A stretch of 64,000 bases of DNA, taken from assembly GCA_027487795.1 (NCBI GenBank), contig JAIYCX010000031.1:215291-279290 (forward strand), read 5' to 3'. The position numbers and the translations under genes are program-made. The DNA is from Pseudomonadota bacterium. GTDB lineage: Bacteria; Bdellovibrionota_C; UBA2361; SZUA-149; DAOLCO01. The notes under the pieces were generated by a model that saw nothing but the letters and a program-made list of their open reading frames with translations, made no database searches and was not told the DNA's origin. This document shows positions 20,763 through 30,047 of this stretch, piece after piece. Numbering within the stretch: position 1 is the stretch's first letter; each line of letters begins with the position of its first letter.

Positions 20763-20847
20763 ATTTCAACGACCCTTTGATTTATTTAAGAGTTATTTTT
20801 ATTTTTTGAAGAAGTAGAATTTAACAACTGTAAAAGCTGAATAAGAA

Positions 20848-21000
20848 CTAAACTTTACCTTCTTTGTAAACCACGTGTTTTCTAGCTACTGGATCGTATT
20901 TTTTTACTTCCATCTTCTCTGGCTTCTTACGTTTATTCTTCGTAGTAGTGTAGAAATGACCAGTATTTGCTGTTGAAACTAGCTTTATTATATCTCTCAT
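20848..21000 (-). CDS. rpmG: 50S ribosomal protein L33, Cys-free type (not in the ORF track)
   Basis: Manual translation [50 protein letters not shown]; SD AGGAG upstream. Confidence 0.97.
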   Translation of the reverse strand: MRDIIKLVSTANTGHFYTTTKNKRKKPEKMEVKKYDPVARKHVVYKEGKV

Positions 21001-21186
21001 AAAATCTCCTAGCGTTTTATTATTCTATTATGAAAATCTTTCTGTTTGAAAATTTCTTTATATGAAAATCATACGATTTTAAACTCACACGATGTTAAAA
21101 TTAATATTCGTATGAACAAATTAAAATAGCCAAGAACCATAATTTAAGCTAACAACTAGCTTCAAATATGATACTTTGGTGGGCTG

Positions 21187-22176
21187 ATGTATAGCTCAAA
21201 GAGGGAAATGACGCAAAATTTGATCTCAAAATCTACTTTCGGAGTAGTTGACCTAGGCTCTGCTGCCCTTCGTTTCGATCTTTATCAAATCCCAGATAAC
21301 AAGCTAAAAATAATCAACTTAATTAATAATACACGCTATTTACTCAGATTAGGCAATAGAGACGGCAACACCGAAATAAATACAAAAAAAGTAGAAAATA
21401 CCCAAAACGCCTGTAAAGAAATAAGAAAAATACTAGATCAGTATGCTAATGTTAAGTTTTCCAGCGTTGCTACAGAATCTTTAAGAGCTGCAATTAATGG
21501 AAATCTCATCTCTCAATCCTGTTCTGAAATTCTAAAAACTGACCTAAATATAATATCACCAAGCGAAGAAGCTAGACTTACGAGCTTAGGGATTTGTTTC
21601 TTTGAAAAAATGGATAGTTTAAATTTAAAACTAGGTGAAGAAGTCTTATTTATTGATATCGGTGGTGGCAGCACTGAAATTTCAAAACATATTTATGTAA
21701 ATAAGAACAATCTTAGTCTTGAAACTAGCATAAGTACCAATGTCGGAGTCCTAGAAGGCGGATCAGACCCAGAGGCAATTCTTGAATTAATTAAAAAACT
21801 TAATATTAAGAAGAATTCAAAAATTATTGGATCAAGTGGAACATTCAGATCCATTTTAGAAATTCATAAAAATCTAAAAAAATTAAACCCTAATTTAAAT
21901 TATCTTAGTAGTGAAGATATTGAAGAAATAATTTATCTGAGTAAAAAACTAACAAAAGAAGAGTATATAATTTTTACGGAGCCTGCTGCAAATAGAAGAG
22001 ACCTACTTCCTAAAGGTTTTGAAATTGTAAGACTACTATTAAATGAAATAAATCCACATAACATATACGTATCTAAATTTTCTCTTAGACACGGTCTGCT
22101 GGCAGAGATGATCATGTCGGAATATGATCATCAAGCAAAACAAATTACAAACTCAGGTTGGGAAATTTGTAATTAA
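21187..22176 (+). CDS. Ppx/GppA-family phosphatase, short form
   Basis: VDLGS, VATESLR, EEARLT, DIGGGSTE, LRHGLL. Confidence 0.85.
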   Translation: MYSSKREMTQNLISKSTFGVVDLGSAALRFDLYQIPDNKLKIINLINNTRYLLRLGNRDGNTEINTKKVENTQNACKEIRKILDQYANVKFSSVATESLRAAINGNLISQSCSEILKTDLNIISPSEEARLTSLGICFFEKMDSLNLKLGEEVLFIDIGGGSTEISKHIYVNKNNLSLETSISTNVGVLEGGSDPEAILELIKKLNIKKNSKIIGSSGTFRSILEIHKNLKKLNPNLNYLSSEDIEEIIYLSKKLTKEEYIIFTEPAANRRDLLPKGFEIVRLLLNEINPHNIYVSKFSLRHGLLAEMIMSEYDHQAKQITNSGWEICN

Positions 22177-23090
22177 ACATTTCGCTTATCTCTTAAAACC
22201 TTAGGTAGTGAAGGTAATATTGAGATAACTAGAATAGAAAGTATAATTAACAAAGAAATAAAAGGTGGTATCTCAATTAATCCTTCCCCAAGCATCTTCA
22301 AGCCAACAAATATAAGAATACAAGAAACACCATAAGATACATACTCAAATAGTTCCATCATACCTGCTAATAGAAAATACAAAGCCCTTAATCCCAATAT
22401 CGCGAATAAATTACTTGAGTACACAATGAAAGGATCTCTCGTAATTCCTAAAATTGCAGGAATAGAATCCAGAGCAAATAAAACATCTGTTAATTCTACA
22501 ACAATTAAAACTACCATTAGAGGCGTTGCATAAAGTAATCCTCCCTCTCTTATTGTAAAGTTCGGTCCTACATAGTCCATCTTTGTTCTAACAACTCTCT
22601 TCACAAGCTTTAAAACTGCATTACTTTCAAGATCTATAGTGTCTTTAAAACCTGATAAAGTTTTAAGGCCGGTTACTAAAATGATAGCTCCAAAAACATA
22701 AATTAACCATGAAAAGCTATGAAGCAAAGATACTCCTCCATATATCAATAGTCCTCTTGTAATAATAGCTCCCAAGACTCCCCAAAAAAGAATTCGGTGT
22801 TGATACTGAGGTTGTATAGAAAAATATTTAAAGATAACAATGAAAAGAAATAAATTATCTACACTTAATGATTTCTCAACTACGTAACCGGTTAAAAAAA
22901 GCATCGCATCGGCACTAGAATGCTCAATTCCTATACCTAACGAAAAAATCAATGCCAAAGTTACCCAAACAATCGACCAACTTAGAGCTTCTTTAAACTT
23001 TACTTCATGAGATTCCTTATGAAAAATCCCTAAATCTATTGCTAAGCAAGAGATCACGATAACAAATAGTATAATCCAGTCTATGTTCAT
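22173..23090 (-). CDS. TerC/Alx-family membrane protein
   Basis: EKSLSVDNLF, QHRILFWG, DVLFALDSIPA, FAILGLRALYF. Confidence 0.93.
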   Translation of the reverse strand: MNIDWIILFVIVISCLAIDLGIFHKESHEVKFKEALSWSIVWVTLALIFSLGIGIEHSSADAMLFLTGYVVEKSLSVDNLFLFIVIFKYFSIQPQYQHRILFWGVLGAIITRGLLIYGGVSLLHSFSWLIYVFGAIILVTGLKTLSGFKDTIDLESNAVLKLVKRVVRTKMDYVGPNFTIREGGLLYATPLMVVLIVVELTDVLFALDSIPAILGITRDPFIVYSSNLFAILGLRALYFLLAGMMELFEYVSYGVSCILIFVGLKMLGEGLIEIPPFISLLIILSILVISILPSLPKVLRDKRNV

Positions 23091-23114
23091 TCTAATAATT
23101 CATTATAATAATAG

Positions 23115-23738
23115 TTAAATCCTTCTTCTTCCACTAAAAGACATTCTTAATGTCATATCATCTGCATACTCTAATTCCCCACCCTTAGGTAGCCCCTGAG
23201 CTAATCTTGTAACATTTAATTTAAGCTCATCTAATGCATCTGCTAGATAGAGAGACGTAGCATCCCCCTCTATAGTTGTACTAGTTGCTAATATTAGCTC
23301 AGAAAGTGGTAATATTACAGGATCTTCATTTACCTTAGTATTGATGTGAAGTCTCTTAATTAATTTATCAATTGTTAGATGCTCAGGCTTGACTCCTCTT
23401 AATGGTGACCATGATCCATGAAGAACGTGATATAGACCTCGATAGGAGCCACTTCTTTCTAAAGAAAAAATATCAGATGGCCTTTCAACTACGCAAAGCT
23501 GATCTTTAAGTCTAGAAGAATTTGAACAAATTTCACATACGAGATCATCCGATAACCCATGACAAAAAGAACACCACCTTAAACTTTCTTTGGCTAAAAT
23601 AATTGAATCCGCTAATATTTTGACCTCTTCATTTTTTTTGTTTAAAATATGATAGGCTATACGATAAGCACTTCGCTCACCTACTGAAGGTAGCTTACTT
23701 AATTCAAATACTAATTTTTTAAAAGATCTAGGGACCAC
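23115..23738 (-). CDS. recR: Recombination mediator RecR
   Basis: LPSVGERSA, C4 zinc finger, YHVLHG, EGDAT, LEYAD; GTG start overlaps the dnaX stop. Confidence 0.96.
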   Translation of the reverse strand: MVPRSFKKLVFELSKLPSVGERSAYRIAYHILNKKNEEVKILADSIILAKESLRWCSFCHGLSDDLVCEICSNSSRLKDQLCVVERPSDIFSLERSGSYRGLYHVLHGSWSPLRGVKPEHLTIDKLIKRLHINTKVNEDPVILPLSELILATSTTIEGDATSLYLADALDELKLNVTRLAQGLPKGGELEYADDMTLRMSFSGRRRI

Positions 23739-25510
23739 TAACTATCTCTTTTATTTGTTGAGTCCGCACTAACAACTTCTGGAATTATTTTTTCAATAGC
23801 ACTTCCTTCAAATACTTCTAAAACAATTTTTACAGCTTCTCCATCTTTGGCTTCGGATTCTATTTTTTCAATTCTTTCTTTACGTTTTTGCTCAGTAGTA
23901 TGCGCCTGCGAGCCCTTAATATGTCCATTCTTATTTATAGCAGACAATGTATTAGATCCCGTGTCTGAAACTGTGATCTTTTCAATGTGATTTTCAATAA
24001 TAAAATCCACATTCCAATTATCAACGTGCGAAAAGACAGTTAGCTGTTTTTTTAAATTTGTAAATGCTTGTTTTTCTTTAATTGAATCAATTACGAAGCT
24101 AGTTCCTTTAAGTTTTAAAACTCCTGTTCTATCTTTTACTATAAAAGTGCTAGGAGCAACTCTAGTTAAGTAAGTAGTTAACAAGACTTCCGAACTCTTC
24201 TTTAAATGCCCCATGAATGAAGTCCAACTAAGGTCCTGCTGATAAACTTCTTTGTAGTTTTCAGCTATTGGCTTTTTTTTTTGCTCTTCTGTGTAATTAC
24301 TTGAACTCGTAATCTCAGAATTTGGGGCACTAGCTAGTGTTACTGTAGACACTGGCATAATTGCAAGTGGTAATGAGGTTAACTTATTGGCATAGCATAG
24401 CTTAATTATTCCAGACTCTATTACATACTGCGCATATTCACTCTTAATAGCCGTATCACAAACTAATCTTGCTATTTCAAATAATATAGAAAAAGTTTCC
24501 GCAGACCTATTCTCTGTAATCTTTCTGATAGCGCTTTGTTCAACATCTGATAAATCTTTTAATTCAAAGAACCTATTTACAGCTTGAGCACCACGTCGAC
24601 TAGCTAAACTATAAAGAAATACTAATCTAAAATATAATAAAAAGTCAGATAAAAAAGCTTTTACCTCTATTCCTTGATTAAAAGCATTTTCTACCTGATG
24701 CAAAGCTTCATCTTCATTAGCATTCAAAACTAAATCTATGAGATTAAGAAAATAACTCGCATCTAAAGTTCCAAACAATAAAGCCAAATCTGAAGATTTA
24801 AGCTCTTCATCTGTAAAAGAACATACTCTATCAAGCAGACTACTGGCATCTCTCATACCACCATCTGCGACTCTAGAAACTAGACGTAATACTTCTTGAG
24901 ATATTTTAATACCTTCTTTTTGGCAGATATAAGTAAGCTGAGAAACTATATGTTCTGATCTTAACTTTCTAAAAGTATGTTCTTGACAACGTGACTTTAC
25001 TGTATCGGGAATTTTATGTGTTTCCGTTGTAGCAAGAATAAATAAAGTATTCTTTGGCGGCTCCTCGATACTCTTAAGTAGGGCATTAAAAGCAGCCGTT
25101 GATAACATGTGAACTTCATCTATAATATAAATCTTAAACTTTATTCCTGGCGGAGTTGCTGTATATAAAGTTTCAATTAATTCTCTTACATCTTCTACGC
25201 TATTGTTTGAAGCTCCATCTATTTCAATGACAGCAAGATTATTTCCCTTTGCGATCTCCTGACAGCTACCACACTCTCCACAAGGAACAGGTTCTTCATT
25301 AACTAAAGAAATCGAAGCGCAATTTAATATTTTAGCTAGTATTCTTGCGCATGATGTTTTTCCAACACCTCTTGGTCCGCTAAATAGCAGAGCGTGAGGA
25401 ACCCGATCTCTAGTGACTGCATTAGAAAGTGCCAAAGTCACATGATCTTGACCAGTAACTTCACTAAATTTTTGGGGTCTATATTTTCTAGCAAAAACTA
25501 AATATGACAT
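23738..25510 (-). CDS. dnaX: DNA polymerase III subunits gamma/tau
   Basis: ARKYRPQ, GPRGVGKT, zinc module, IIDEVHML, EEPP, SRC. Confidence 0.97.
   Translation of the reverse strand: MSYLVFARKYRPQKFSEVTGQDHVTLALSNAVTRDRVPHALLFSGPRGVGKTSCARILAKILNCASISLVNEEPVPCGECGSCQEIAKGNNLAVIEIDGASNNSVEDVRELIETLYTATPPGIKFKIYIIDEVHMLSTAAFNALLKSIEEPPKNTLFILATTETHKIPDTVKSRCQEHTFRKLRSEHIVSQLTYICQKEGIKISQEVLRLVSRVADGGMRDASSLLDRVCSFTDEELKSSDLALLFGTLDASYFLNLIDLVLNANEDEALHQVENAFNQGIEVKAFLSDFLLYFRLVFLYSLASRRGAQAVNRFFELKDLSDVEQSAIRKITENRSAETFSILFEIARLVCDTAIKSEYAQYVIESGIIKLCYANKLTSLPLAIMPVSTVTLASAPNSEITSSSNYTEEQKKKPIAENYKEVYQQDLSWTSFMGHLKKSSEVLLTTYLTRVAPSTFIVKDRTGVLKLKGTSFVIDSIKEKQAFTNLKKQLTVFSHVDNWNVDFIIENHIEKITVSDTGSNTLSAINKNGHIKGSQAHTTEQKRKERIEKIESEAKDGEAVKIVLEVFEGSAIEKIIPEVVSADSTNKRDS
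24238..24282 (-). promoter_or_regulatory. Programmed -1 frameshift/slippage signal in dnaX
   Basis: A10G run containing A_AAA_AAG (codons 410-413), 6-nt spacer, stem-loop GCTGAAAACT/AGTTT(A)TCAGC, -1 frame TGA after three codons. Confidence 0.75.
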
Positions 25511-25555
25511 GAGGCCAGTATATTAATAAAAACCGAGTAATGATAGAAAGAAGTT

Positions 25556-25644
25556 GGTCAAGACCACGACACAGATAACTAACGCTACCACTGCTTCCTT
25601 TCGGATCTGATGGGGTTTACGGGCTAACTTGCATGGCCTCAACC
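25556..25644 (-). ncRNA. ffs: Signal recognition particle RNA (4.5S)
   Basis: Long hairpin GGTTGAGGCCATG...CGTGGTCTTGACC with domain IV CCATCAGATCCGAAAGGAAGCAGTGG; upstream of dnaX, a common position for ffs. Confidence 0.93.
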
Positions 25645-25775
25645 ATAAGAAGCCAGCTTACTACTCTATTGCGAAAATTAGATCAAGTAGTGCTTAAAGT
25701 TGTAAACTATTAATATAATTAAATATTTACAACATGCCATTATTGATAAGCTATTAAATACTTAAAATTACGACA

Positions 25776-27311
25776 CTAATGATAACTAGCACCTTCAATT
25801 TCGGAACTTAGATCAACTTTTTCTACTTGGTTAACTCCATTTGACGAAGAATTTACCTTTCTCCTATCTCCTCGAAGAACTAGACTTAACGATTTAGCAA
25901 TCTCTTTTAACGACTCTCCATATTCTTGCAAAGTAACACTACTAGCTGCTGTCTCTTCTGCTGCTGCTGCATTTAATTGAGTAGTATTATTTAGCTCATC
26001 AATTGCTCTTTCAACTTGAGCAATACCTGTAGATTGTTCACTCGCCCCAGCTGCAATTTCTTCTACTAATTTTTTTACCTCTACAGCCTGGTCTAGAATA
26101 TTATCTAATACCAAAGAAGTACCATGAACTCCATTGCTACCATCTTTTACTTTTTCCACACTAGCATTTATTAATGTAGCAATTTCTCTTGCAGCGTCTC
26201 CACTTCTATGAGCTAAACTTCTGACCTCTTCCGCTACGACAGCAAATCCTTTCCCAGCATCTCCCGCTCTAGCTGCTTCCACAGCAGCATTTAATGCAAG
26301 TAAATTAGTTTGGAATGCTATTTCATCTATTATTCTTGTTATTGCTTGAATTTCTTCTGAACTTTTTGTGATATCTTCCATAATTGTTACAAGAGTATTC
26401 ATTGACTTCTTACCCTCTTCCGTAACTTGACTGTTTTTTATAGCTATCTCCTTAGCATTTGAAGCACCTTTTGCATTACTAGAAACTAAATTTGATAAAT
26501 CTTTAATACTAGCTGAAATTTCTTCTAATGCCGCTGCTGACTCTTGAGATCCTTGAGCTATAGATTGACTAGTTCTAGCAAACTCATCACTAGATCTAGA
26601 AATTCCTCTACTATTATCACTAACTCCAAAACTATAACTAAGTAATTTTTTTGTTGCTGATTTTAAAGTGTAAATATTACACAAAACTAGAACTAGCCCA
26701 CCTATTAATGAAATTATTATTTTAAATAATAATTCATTACTTTCTTTCAAATAATCAACTTCAATATCTTGATAGCTTTTACTTGCTGCGGAAACTTTTA
26801 ATGTTATTAATTCAGAAAATGTTGACAAAACTTTGTTTCGAATAGGAACTAATACACTCTGTATCATTTCATTTCCATCATTTATTAATTGATTATTATC
26901 GACATTTTCTTTATCCCAAAGTTTATCGAAAGTTTGTATTAGTGCTCCTAACTCACCTACTGATTCTGTTGTTTTTATAGATAATTTTTTTATTTCCTCG
27001 TCTTCATTATTTTTAAGCTCAGTTAATAATGCGACTATTTGATTAACATATTCTGTTCTTTTTGCTCGAAATGCCTCTCTATCTTCTCGCGATTTAGATA
27101 TAAGTATATCTCTTAATGACATAGAAGTTTTCAGTAATAGCTCTTTAAAACTAGATAGCTGGCTAACTAGAACTGTTCCTGTTAGCTCTTCTTTATTCTT
27201 TGCTAAAAGTAAGCTATTTGAATAGCCCATCCATAGACAAATTCCACTAGAAAACAAAAAGCTGATAATACAAAAGCTAATTACCTTGCACTGTAAAGAA
27301 GTTCTGTTCAT
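25776..27311 (-). CDS. Methyl-accepting chemotaxis protein (2 TM, helical periplasmic sensor)
   Basis: [37 protein letters not shown] signalling tip. Confidence 0.96.
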   Translation of the reverse strand: MNRTSLQCKVISFCIISFLFSSGICLWMGYSNSLLLAKNKEELTGTVLVSQLSSFKELLLKTSMSLRDILISKSREDREAFRAKRTEYVNQIVALLTELKNNEDEEIKKLSIKTTESVGELGALIQTFDKLWDKENVDNNQLINDGNEMIQSVLVPIRNKVLSTFSELITLKVSAASKSYQDIEVDYLKESNELLFKIIISLIGGLVLVLCNIYTLKSATKKLLSYSFGVSDNSRGISRSSDEFARTSQSIAQGSQESAAALEEISASIKDLSNLVSSNAKGASNAKEIAIKNSQVTEEGKKSMNTLVTIMEDITKSSEEIQAITRIIDEIAFQTNLLALNAAVEAARAGDAGKGFAVVAEEVRSLAHRSGDAAREIATLINASVEKVKDGSNGVHGTSLVLDNILDQAVEVKKLVEEIAAGASEQSTGIAQVERAIDELNNTTQLNAAAAEETAASSVTLQEYGESLKEIAKSLSLVLRGDRRKVNSSSNGVNQVEKVDLSSEIEGASYH

Positions 27312-27356
27312 ATTTTTATATAGTTTATGTTCGCTATTTGTTGAATACTTGAGATA

Positions 27357-27384
27357 GAATCGTCAAAAAGAATAAAAAACTAAA
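27357..27384 (-). promoter_or_regulatory. Weak sigma28-like promoter for the MCP gene
   Basis: TTTAG-N15-GACGATTC; same spacing as the better sites at 29995 and 38726. Confidence 0.35.
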
Positions 27385-27410
27385 ATTTTTTTTTTAAACA
27401 TATAGTAAAT

Positions 27411-27944
27411 ATGAACACAATAAACGCACTAAAAAGCTATGCTTTAATACTCGTTAGCATTCAACATATTAATATCAATTTTTCACTTGCTGATAACAAT
27501 CCATTAACATCTAACAATACTTCAGAAGTCTCAAATGTTGAAGATCTAGAATTAATTGCTCATATCGAAGATGAAATAAAAAACACAAATAGCGAACTCT
27601 CAAATAGTTTAAAAAACGACATTAGCTGGCCAGAGTATGAAAAATCTAAATGTAGTGCTGTGGTAAAAAATATCGATATTAAAACAAATAATGATTCTAA
27701 GCTTTACTTTGTTACAACTAAAGATAACTGTGGGGGAGGCGCAAGTTCAGGGCCAATATGGATAATAAGGAAGCATGATAAATCTTTTAATATTTTACTG
27801 TCAACCATTGGACAGAGTATTTTTATCAAAAAAGAATCCCAAAATACTATATTTCCAGATTTATACGTAACAGACTCTTTTGGACCAGAAATATACAACA
27901 AAAAATGGTCTTACCAATCAGACAAATACATTCAATCAAAATAA
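27411..27944 (+). CDS. Hypothetical, probably exported protein
   Basis: Signal-like N-terminus (...FSLA/DN); two Cys; CGGGASSGPIWII motif. Confidence 0.6.
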   Translation: MNTINALKSYALILVSIQHININFSLADNNPLTSNNTSEVSNVEDLELIAHIEDEIKNTNSELSNSLKNDISWPEYEKSKCSAVVKNIDIKTNNDSKLYFVTTKDNCGGGASSGPIWIIRKHDKSFNILLSTIGQSIFIKKESQNTIFPDLYVTDSFGPEIYNKKWSYQSDKYIQSK

Positions 27945-27982
27945 TAAAAAATACGGAAGAAAAAAATACAAGAAAAAAAATA

Positions 27983-28067
27983 CGGAGAGGGTGAGATTCG
28001 AACTCACGGACCCTTTCGAGTCGCCGGTTTTCAAGACCGGTGCCTTAAACCGCTCGGCCACCTCTCC
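27983..28067 (-). tRNA. tRNA-Ser(TGA), CCA not encoded
   Basis: GGAGAGG acceptor, CCGGT-CTTGAAA-ACCGG anticodon arm, long variable arm, GTTCGAAT. Confidence 0.96.
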
Positions 28068-28096
28068 ATAAAAAACTATAAAAACATGCCCAAAAA

Positions 28097-28189
28097 TGGC
28101 GGAGAGAGAGGGATTCGAACCCTCGGTACCTCTTTTGGAAGTACACTCGCTTAGCAGGCGAGCACCATCGGCCTCTCGGTCATCTCTCC
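28097..28189 (-). tRNA. tRNA-Ser(GCT)
   Basis: CTCGC-CTGCTAA-GCGAG anticodon arm, long variable arm, ends GCCA. Confidence 0.97.
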
Positions 28190-28366
28190 ATTCGACCTTA
28201 TTTTATTGACGGCCTTAGACTTTTACAAGTTGCCTCATGTACTGTTAAGTAAAGATATAATCAAGTGCTAAAATGGACTTTTTTAATCCGACAAAAAAGG
28301 TGCGCCTTAAGACACTCCCATCTCTTTATTTTAGCAGCAAATCTGATACTAACTACAAAGATTAAT

Positions 28367-28456
28367 GGAGAGGTGTCCGAGTGGTTTATGGTGCACGCTT
28401 GGAAAGCGTGTGTACGGTCAAACGTACCGGGGGTTCGAATCCCCCCCCCTCCGCCA
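28367..28456 (+). tRNA. tRNA-Ser(GGA)
   Basis: CACGC-TTGGAAA-GCGTG anticodon arm, long variable arm, ends GCCA; one A.C mismatch in the acceptor stem. Confidence 0.94.
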
Positions 28457-28480
28457 AATCTTAATCTTACAGCTAGTATC

Positions 28481-29989
28481 TTATTGTCTTTTTAACTTAG
28501 GGCCAGATCCATGATTCTGCATGTACTCTAAAGAAAGCTGTATTTGGAATACAAATTGCTTAACCGAAGCAAAATCCTCATGGCTGATTTCTTTTTTGCT
28601 ATGACAATTATCAACGTAAAAAACTCCAATAGTTTGATTACTTACAATTACAGGTAATAAAATAGATTCATTATCTCCTAAGCTATCCAAAATCTCATCA
28701 GGTAACTTATCATATTCTCCAGTACTAAAACCATTAACAAGCCAAATTGCCTCTTTACTCTCTAAACATAAATTAAATGGATCTTCTGCGCCTGGCTTTA
28801 AAGCAATTTGAAAAGACTCTAAGGCTCTTATGCAACGTGATCCAAGAATAGACTTTCCCCTTAGCTGTTTTCTATTAGGTGTTATCAAAGCAAATATTAC
28901 TCTGTTAAAACCTATTCCTCTATTAATACCCTCAAGAGCCATTCCTATAACTTCATTAACATCAGTTCCAGCTTCTATAAGTATAGTAATTTCTTTTAAA
29001 ACTTTTAATTGGAAAGTAGGATCTGGTTCGTTAAAGATCACAGGAGCTTCTTTAGACTCTTCTTTTAAACTTTCTTTATTCTTAAATTCTAAAGACTCTT
29101 TAATATGATCTCCTGATAAACCTGGAACGCTTAAATCGGCAGCTGCATTTCCAGCTATAATAGTAGTTTCTCTTAGTGTTCCTAATGTAGTTTCAAAAGG
29201 TAACTCTAAAAAATTGGAAATTTCTCTGACAACAGAAATTGCTCCTGAAGAATCCCAACCAGATTTAACTATAGAAGACAATTGAATACCTAAATCAATT
29301 GACTGCCATTTTTTTAGCTCCTCAGCGGAAGCTCCACTTTCCGGCCTACCATAACTTCCTAGACCCCATACAGAAAAAAGTTTTTCACTAAGTTCTGACA
29401 AACTAAAACCAAGAACAGATTTTTCTATACTAGAATGTTCACTATCTGGTTGGCCTTTATACTTAGTAATAAGTTCTTCCGCTCTTGGATCATTCATTGA
29501 CCAAAATGCCAAATAACCAAGACGACTAAGAATTGCACTTGTAAAAACTTCTTCGCAATTCCGGATACCCTTAAGTAATGAAATTCCTCTAGCCTGGATT
29601 GCACCATGGAATGTTTTGCCAAATTCAGATAATAAGTGATCATTAACGGATTTACTAGCCAGTCCATCCACTATTGATAGAGTAAGGCATAGGGCTTTAA
29701 TTTCTCTAAATCCAAGCATTACTATTGCTCGGTTAACAGTGTTTTTTTTACCCACTACTGGAATTCGATACGCACCTTGAGTATGTCTAAGGATATGCGC
29801 CGTCATCGAAGCATCTTGTTTAATTATATCAGCTAGCCTCTCGATAGGAATATCAGAGTCTTCATGAATTTCTGAAATTGCCTTTAATGTACTTGCAAGA
29901 GCAGGAACTTCTTTCTCTTCAAATTGTTTAGCAAATTCTTTAAGTTCAAGCATACTGACGCTTAATGATAGGATCTTTATTGATAACAT
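28481..29989 (-). CDS. HDOD-domain signalling protein with C-terminal GAF-like domain (true start may be ATG 29953)
   Basis: VPAL...LADIIKQDASMTAHILR...TVNRAIVMLGF...E...LGF...WG; GAF-like LLPVIV...IGVFYVDN. Confidence 0.88.
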   Translation of the reverse strand: MLSIKILSLSVSMLELKEFAKQFEEKEVPALASTLKAISEIHEDSDIPIERLADIIKQDASMTAHILRHTQGAYRIPVVGKKNTVNRAIVMLGFREIKALCLTLSIVDGLASKSVNDHLLSEFGKTFHGAIQARGISLLKGIRNCEEVFTSAILSRLGYLAFWSMNDPRAEELITKYKGQPDSEHSSIEKSVLGFSLSELSEKLFSVWGLGSYGRPESGASAEELKKWQSIDLGIQLSSIVKSGWDSSGAISVVREISNFLELPFETTLGTLRETTIIAGNAAADLSVPGLSGDHIKESLEFKNKESLKEESKEAPVIFNEPDPTFQLKVLKEITILIEAGTDVNEVIGMALEGINRGIGFNRVIFALITPNRKQLRGKSILGSRCIRALESFQIALKPGAEDPFNLCLESKEAIWLVNGFSTGEYDKLPDEILDSLGDNESILLPVIVSNQTIGVFYVDNCHSKKEISHEDFASVKQFVFQIQLSLEYMQNHGSGPKLKRQ

Positions 29990-29994
29990 AATTG

Positions 29995-30022
29995 TTATCG
30001 ACTAGATGATAAAAAGTCTTTA
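29995..30022 (-). promoter_or_regulatory. Sigma28 (FliA/SigD)-like promoter
   Basis: TAAAG-N15-GTCGATAA versus consensus TAAA-N15/16-GCCGATAA. Confidence 0.65.
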
Positions 30023-30047
30023 AGTTCTTTTAATTAACTGGATAATT

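Noticed and set aside
25645-27983. attL/attR duplication of the tRNA-Ser 3' end
   Set aside because: No copy of the tRNA 3' sequence was found near ffs or the MCP gene.
27880-28495. ORFs 27880-28071 and 28265-28495
   Set aside because: They are translations across tRNA-Ser genes.
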